In this document: positions 59,029-64,000 of the stretch, piece after piece
Numbering within the stretch: the first letter of the stretch is position 1
Layout: each line of letters begins with the position of its first letter
DNA from: Eubacteriales bacterium
Lineage (GTDB): Bacteria > Bacillota > Clostridia > Peptostreptococcales > Anaerovoracaceae
Assembly: GCA_052173355.1 (NCBI GenBank)
Contig: JBQMYS010000001.1
Coordinates: forward strand, 13,243 to 77,242
Reading direction: 5' to 3'
Length of the DNA: 64,000 bases
Notes under the pieces: model-generated
The model's input: only the letters and a program-made list of their open reading frames with translations
The model's database searches: none
Told to the model about the DNA's origin: nothing
Made by a program: the position numbers and the translations under genes

Positions 59029-60099
59029 TTAAAATTTAATACTGACAGGTTCTTCAGCTATTGCCATTGTAACCCCATTTAACGATGTCTTTTTTACCAG
59101 CAATTTAGCATTTTTCCCTGCGGCAAGCATAGCCGCTCTTTCGCAAACATTGTCTACACCCACCGTACTTTTTACAAAATTTGAAGGTGTAAAATTTCCT
59201 TGAACACTTTTTAAACTTTCTGCCGAAAATGTTTTAAATTCAATGTTCAGCTTTTTCGATAAATTTAAAAGCGCTACTTCATTTGCTTTAATATCAATAG
59301 AATTCATATCCAAAACTCTATTATTTTTGAAATCATATTCATCCATAATTTGAAAAAATAATGTTTCAACCTGCAAATCGGATACATTTTTTTTACATCC
59401 GAACCCCAAATGCAAATTACATGGAGTTAACCATAACATATTATCGTCAAATTCATGAAAAACAGACCTGTCAGAAATATAGATACCCACTTTTCCTGCT
59501 TTTATAGAATTAAAAAACTCAAACTCATCTGTAACAACTAAATATTTCGGAATTTCTCCGTTTATATCGTAATCGCTATACAAATATACGTTTTCTTTAT
59601 TCAATATCTTCGAAGAAACCGCCTTTATCGCCTTTGTATTTTGCACCGACAATTTTTCACGTTTTGCCCATGTATCTACTGCAAATACACCGTTTAAATC
59701 GGTAGCTGTGCTGATTATAGGTTTTGCACCTATTTTATCTGCAATGTTCAGACAAAGTTCATTTGCACCGCCTAAATGCCCTGAGAGCAATGAGATTACA
59801 TAATTTGCCAATTCATCGATACATATTATAGCAGGATCCTTGTCTTTGGATTTTATATAAGGAGCTATCGCTCGCACCGCTATTCCGGTTGCTCCAACAA
59901 AAATAATCGCATTGCATTCTAAAAACTGCTTTCCAGTCCATTCACTAAGCGACGTGGTTACAGAAAATAAATCATTATTTTTAAAAGTTTTAGAAAGTAA
60001 ATACGGTGTAGATAAAATCCCCTCATCTTTAAGAAATTTATCGATTTTTTTGCATAATCGTCCTCCATTTTGAGTAAACGAAATTATAGCGATTTTCAT
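59029..60099 (-). CDS. cbiG: Cobalt-precorrin-5A hydrolase
   Basis: 356 aa with CbiG N-, mid- and C-domain patterns (AIISFTQNG..., GATGIAVRAIAP, GVDNVCERAA). The ATG is 9 nt after the dut stop, with a GGGAG RBS. Confidence 0.88.
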   Translation of the reverse strand: MKIAIISFTQNGGRLCKKIDKFLKDEGILSTPYLLSKTFKNNDLFSVTTSLSEWTGKQFLECNAIIFVGATGIAVRAIAPYIKSKDKDPAIICIDELANYVISLLSGHLGGANELCLNIADKIGAKPIISTATDLNGVFAVDTWAKREKLSVQNTKAIKAVSSKILNKENVYLYSDYDINGEIPKYLVVTDEFEFFNSIKAGKVGIYISDRSVFHEFDDNMLWLTPCNLHLGFGCKKNVSDLQVETLFFQIMDEYDFKNNRVLDMNSIDIKANEVALLNLSKKLNIEFKTFSAESLKSVQGNFTPSNFVKSTVGVDNVCERAAMLAAGKNAKLLVKKTSLNGVTMAIAEEPVSIKF

Positions 60100-60108
60100 A
60101 TATTCTCC

Positions 60109-60624
60109 CTACATACCGGTACTTCCAAATCCACCTGTGCGTTTTTCTGTTACTTCGTCATCTTTAGTAATTCCAAACATCAAAAATATGCCTTGCGCAA
60201 ATGCCGTACCCGAATCAATTACAACAGTTTTACATTCCTTAGTGTCATTGGTAAGTTTTACCATTATGTGCCCTTCGTTTTCCGCATCGTAATAATCAGC
60301 ATCAATTACTCCAATAGTATTGTTTAACTGCAAACGATATTTAAAACCTAAGCCCGAACGTGGGAATACTGTTAAAACCCAGCCTTCCTCTATTTTAACT
60401 CTAATTCCCGTAACTATTTTTATCATTTCGTTCGGCTTTAATGAAAATGCTTCAGGTGTGAAAATATCATATCCTGCAGACCCCGTTGTTGCTCTTGTAG
60501 GGAGTTTTATAGAATCATAAATTTTTTTGATTTCTTCTTCCGTAAAATCCCTATCTGCATTTTCTAAAAAATCTTTTTTGAACTGTTCAAAGCTTACTTT
60601 TTCAAATTTTGCTATCTTTTCCAT
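60109..60624 (-). CDS. dut: dUTP diphosphatase (trimeric dUTPase family, with about 40-aa N-terminal extension)
   Basis: 171 aa with GSAGYDI, PRSGLG, GVIDADY and a C-terminal RTGGFGSTG motif. Confidence 0.88.
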   Translation of the reverse strand: MEKIAKFEKVSFEQFKKDFLENADRDFTEEEIKKIYDSIKLPTRATTGSAGYDIFTPEAFSLKPNEMIKIVTGIRVKIEEGWVLTVFPRSGLGFKYRLQLNNTIGVIDADYYDAENEGHIMVKLTNDTKECKTVVIDSGTAFAQGIFLMFGITKDDEVTEKRTGGFGSTGM

Positions 60625-61874
60625 TAGTTATTATAAATCCTTTCAACATCCACAGGCTCTTTTGAAACTACGCCTACCGAGTAATTTTCAGTTGTACCGA
60701 TCATAGCCGCCTGCTTATTTACTTCCTCGAGCGTTATAGCATCTATCTTTGCAAGCCTGTCTTCCAAAGTTTCAATCCTATCAAGAAGCATATATGAGCT
60801 TGCTATACCATGAGTTGTAGACATCATTTTCTCATATGAAAAAACAATTCCGGTTTTAGCTTTTTCCTTAGCAAGTAGAAATTCATTTTCGGTAATTCCC
60901 TTATCTTTTAAGACTTCGAGTTCAAATTTTATTGCTTTTATCGCATCTTCAAGGTTGCTATGTTGCAATCCCGAACATATGTAATTGATACCGTCACGAG
61001 AAAGCAAATAGTCGGATGCATAGATAATATAAGCAAGCCCTTTTTCTTCTCTAATATTTTGATACAATCTCGAATACATACCTCCACCAAGTACGGTAGT
61101 TGCAAGCTTTCTGGCATCAACATCATCATCGCTTGAAGCAAGTGAAGGCATACCCAAAAACAGATGTGTTTGCTCAACATCTCTTACTTCATTAAAGTAT
61201 CGGGGATTGTTCATAGCTTTTTTAAATATTCTTTTATCGCCTGTCGGATTAAGTTTTGCAAGACCGTCCTCAAAGATTTTCGGTAATCCATGATCGTCTT
61301 GCCCGCAAGTGATAACTACTACTATATTATCTTGAACATAACGTCTGTTTTTATAGTCAAAAAGCATCTCATTTGTCAAATTTTGCACACTCGATTCCGT
61401 TCCTATTATACTGCTTTCATATGGACTTCCTTTGTATATGCTTTCTTCTATTTTTTCAAAGATAAATTCATCATGATTATCCTCAATCATTTTCATTTCT
61501 TGTATTACAACACCTTTTTCCAATTCCATTTCCTCAGGATCAAAATTGGAATTTGTGAAAATATCTAACAGCAATTCAGCCGCCTTAGGTGCATTTTCAG
61601 ATAGTACCTTTGTATGATAAGAGGTAATTTCTTTTGAAGTAAATGCATTGTAATAACCTCCCAAAGAATCCATAAGAAATGCCAAATCTTTTGGTGTATG
61701 CTTATTTGTTCCTTTAAAATGCATATGTTCTAAAAAATGTGAAATTCCTTTTTCTTTATCATTTTCATCCATTGAACCTGCTTTTACATAAATTCCCATT
61801 CCTGTTGCATATTTATCGTTTGTTTTATTTTTAATAATCGTCAATCCCGATTCTAATTTAGTTACTTCTATCAT
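60624..61874 (-). CDS. M16 family (pitrilysin-like) zinc peptidase
   Basis: 416 aa with the inverted zinc motif HFLEHMHFKGT (HxxEH). Confidence 0.9.
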   Translation of the reverse strand: MIEVTKLESGLTIIKNKTNDKYATGMGIYVKAGSMDENDKEKGISHFLEHMHFKGTNKHTPKDLAFLMDSLGGYYNAFTSKEITSYHTKVLSENAPKAAELLLDIFTNSNFDPEEMELEKGVVIQEMKMIEDNHDEFIFEKIEESIYKGSPYESSIIGTESSVQNLTNEMLFDYKNRRYVQDNIVVVITCGQDDHGLPKIFEDGLAKLNPTGDKRIFKKAMNNPRYFNEVRDVEQTHLFLGMPSLASSDDDVDARKLATTVLGGGMYSRLYQNIREEKGLAYIIYASDYLLSRDGINYICSGLQHSNLEDAIKAIKFELEVLKDKGITENEFLLAKEKAKTGIVFSYEKMMSTTHGIASSYMLLDRIETLEDRLAKIDAITLEEVNKQAAMIGTTENYSVGVVSKEPVDVERIYNN

Positions 61875-64000
61875 TTTACCTCGTCTTCATTATGTATAAA
61901 TTTGAATATCATCATAGCAGATTGTGCTCTTGTAGCTGCCTGTTGCGGCTCAAAATTGCCATCAGGTGTACCGTTTACGATTCCCGAACCTGCCATTGTC
62001 ATGATGTAATCAGTTGCCCAATAACTAACTTTATTTTGATCTTTAAACGCGATATAGCTATTTTTTTGTGGTAATGTAATTTGTTTCATAATCGCATATT
62101 TACAAAGCATTGTGCACATTTGCTCGCGTGTAATATTCGTACCCGGTGAAAATTCGTTTGGATTTGAACCGTTTGTAATTCCTTTTTCTATACCCCAATA
62201 TACATATGGTGCAAACCAGTCATCCGTTTTCACATCATAGAAAAATTGTGGCGGTGATTTGGATACATCTTCACCGGAAAGCTTTGCCAACATTGTTAAA
62301 AACTGTGCCCTGGTTAATTTTCCGTCCGGATTAAACATATTATTACCAATTCCGTTAATAACACCCTTAGACGCAAGCTCCGTAATTTCTTTTTTAGCCC
62401 AATGCCCCTCAATATCGCTAAAGATTTGAATGTCCTCTCCAACCTGAACAGGAATAGATGCATCATAATTTTGGAATTTAATATAAATATATCCTCTTTC
62501 TCCATTTCTGTCACCTGCTGTAAATACACCTTGTTCATCTATTGAACCGATATTTTTATCACAACTGAATGTGAATACATTATCATCTGAAACTACATTT
62601 ATATTTCCCTGCATTACCTTCATATTGATGTCTTTTGTTTCTTTCGGATTGATTTTAAGCCCTGCGATTGAAGGTGCTATGGTAAGACCGCTTTTTACAA
62701 CTGTTACATTTGTTTCCCCTTTAGCATTGCCAAGACTTGCCGATATTTTTATATTCCCCTCATTTATACCTGCTGTAAACATACCGTTTGCATCTACCGT
62801 ACCTTCTCCTTTATCAATACTATATGTAGGACTAACTCCTTTTCTAACTATTTCAAATTTCGAATTTAGCCCTGCTGTATCGAATTTCATTTTTGATCCT
62901 GCAAGCAAAAGCGTTTGTGCGGGATAAATCGCCAAATTGGAAATCTCACTATCAAAGCCGCCTTTTTTGTAAGCCAAAAGTAAACCGTTTGATACCTTTC
63001 GTTCACCCCCTCCTGACGGTAAATTTTTTCTTCCGGCTGCATTTTCGAGTCCTGAAAGTCTGGCATAAAATGTTGATGATCCTCCGCCGTCTAAATTGGC
63101 TACATGCACACATCCCAAAGCTTTCATGTGCTTTGCAAGGTCCGTAAGCCCCAGTCCTTTTGCATTTGCAGACCTGCCGTCTAAAACATAAAGTACGACT
63201 GAACCGTCCGCTTTAATTCCAACTGCTGTTCGCGGATTCAAATTAGTACCGCCTGTTGCAAGTTGTCCGTTTTCGAGTATCGTATAATAGACTCCCAACG
63301 CTTCAGTCGCATTATCATATGCTGAATTTCCATTACTCGATACTTCGATTTCGACATTACTTCCTACAATCATCGAATACAGTTGCGATGCCGAAGCGGA
63401 TCCTGCCGGTGTCGAAAGCACTATTTCATTTACTCCGATAGGCGTATTTCTGGCATCTACGTTTACAGCTTTAACCGTTGCGTTAATATGTTTTCCAACT
63501 CTAAGCTGGGTGTTATCCGAATTTCCGCAATCCAGCACAACTTCTATGCAACTTCCCTGCGTTTTGGTGCTTTCAGCGTAGTGTCTATTATATAAATGTA
63601 ACCCCTGTGCACCCCCATGCGGCACATTGATAAAATCTATATTCCTTTTAAATGCCGTCTGTATTACTTCCGGTGTCAATATAGGTGTATCAAGAACTAC
63701 CCCGTTTTGATCTGTTGTAGTTGTTATATTGTTTCCTGAGTTGTATCTAATCTCTCCTTTTATGCTATAAGTAAGAGATGTAGGTTGCAATGAAGCTTTC
63801 CCTTCACTATCAAAAACTACAACTTTTTCCGACTGATAGCCTGAACTTATAATGTTACCCGCGTGCATCGTCAATCCTTTAGGCGCTCCCGATGACGTAT
63901 CAAATATATCTCCGTTTATAGCTGCTATCACATTATATCCTGTATTTTCAACATCTTTTACCATAGTTCCGACCGTAGATACCGATCTTACCTGCCCTGA
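61871..64000 (-). CDS. SLH-anchored phosphodiester glycosidase (NAGPA/DUF2233-like) with Ig-like domains; 5' end beyond window
   Basis: The frame stays open upstream of the first Met (63964) to the window edge (...SGQVRSVSTVGTMVKD). The N-terminal region is DUF2233-like (AINGDIF...NLDGGGSS), followed by Big_2-like repeats. Three C-terminal SLH repeats are present (FSDIEGHWAKKEI..., FYDVKTDDWFAPYV..., FKDQNKVSYWATDYI...). Confidence 0.8.
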   Translation of the reverse strand, partial: SGQVRSVSTVGTMVKDVENTGYNVIAAINGDIFDTSSGAPKGLTMHAGNIISSGYQSEKVVVFDSEGKASLQPTSLTYSIKGEIRYNSGNNITTTTDQNGVVLDTPILTPEVIQTAFKRNIDFINVPHGGAQGLHLYNRHYAESTKTQGSCIEVVLDCGNSDNTQLRVGKHINATVKAVNVDARNTPIGVNEIVLSTPAGSASASQLYSMIVGSNVEIEVSSNGNSAYDNATEALGVYYTILENGQLATGGTNLNPRTAVGIKADGSVVLYVLDGRSANAKGLGLTDLAKHMKALGCVHVANLDGGGSSTFYARLSGLENAAGRKNLPSGGGERKVSNGLLLAYKKGGFDSEISNLAIYPAQTLLLAGSKMKFDTAGLNSKFEIVRKGVSPTYSIDKGEGTVDANGMFTAGINEGNIKISASLGNAKGETNVTVVKSGLTIAPSIAGLKINPKETKDINMKVMQGNINVVSDDNVFTFSCDKNIGSIDEQGVFTAGDRNGERGYIYIKFQNYDASIPVQVGEDIQIFSDIEGHWAKKEITELASKGVINGIGNNMFNPDGKLTRAQFLTMLAKLSGEDVSKSPPQFFYDVKTDDWFAPYVYWGIEKGITNGSNPNEFSPGTNITREQMCTMLCKYAIMKQITLPQKNSYIAFKDQNKVSYWATDYIMTMAGSGIVNGTPDGNFEPQQAATRAQSAMMIFKFIHNEDEVK

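Noticed and set aside
60100-60624. I looked for a cobalamin riboswitch / B12 box upstream of cbiG.
   Set aside because: Only 9 non-coding nt exist. The preceding sequence is the intact dut ORF, and no B12-box-like element was seen.
60109-60624. A dUTPase with an N-terminal extension as a possible prophage remnant marker.
   Set aside because: The neighbours are chromosomal housekeeping and B12 genes, tightly coupled to it. There are no phage structural, integrase or repressor genes.

Overview
This is an AT-rich chromosomal segment (about one-third G+C by eye). Gene content points to a low-GC Gram-positive anaerobe of the Clostridia/Tissierellia type: class-I hybrid-cluster protein, HgdC-type activase, anaerobic cbi pathway, HemZ, and both SLH and LPXTG wall proteins. 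Everything I can support lies on the minus strand: 48 CDS, two tRNA-Leu genes and RNase P RNA. All plus-strand ORFs in the track look like antisense shadows. The ORF track treats GTG/TTG as Met and reports the longest ORF, so I trimmed several starts after reading the RBS context: efp, aspS, dtd, relA, MCP, S58 peptidase, cobD, sigA and trmK.

Most of the window is core housekeeping in two very tightly packed head-to-tail arrays.
- Array 1: secDF-relA-dtd-MBL-hemZ-hisS-aspS-nadD-yqeK-rsfS-leuS-rnj.
- Array 2: SLH protein-M16-dut-10 cbi/cob genes-DUF47-pit-dgt-dnaG-sigA-trmK-nif3-rnpB.

The less conserved parts are these.
- 20.7-29.1 kb: an orphan chemoreceptor, a 1397-aa LPXTG adhesin and an orphan family-5 solute-binding protein.
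- 34.5-41.9 kb: hcp, a 1405-aa double-activase fusion and a MATE pump.
- The cbi cluster.
- The SLH-anchored phosphodiester glycosidase at the window end.

I found no CRISPR array, transposase, integrase, toxin-antitoxin pair or recognisable defence system. The best leads for a second look are:
- a G9 homopolymer and a 9 x 15-nt in-frame repeat in the adhesin, both potentially hypermutable;
- the uncharacterised giant activase fusion next to hcp;
- a stand-alone perfect Shine-Dalgarno element plus a coupled 30-codon uORF in the chemoreceptor leader;
- a B12 cluster with no room for a cobalamin riboswitch.

None of these is proven. All functional calls rest on motif recognition by eye, not on database searches.
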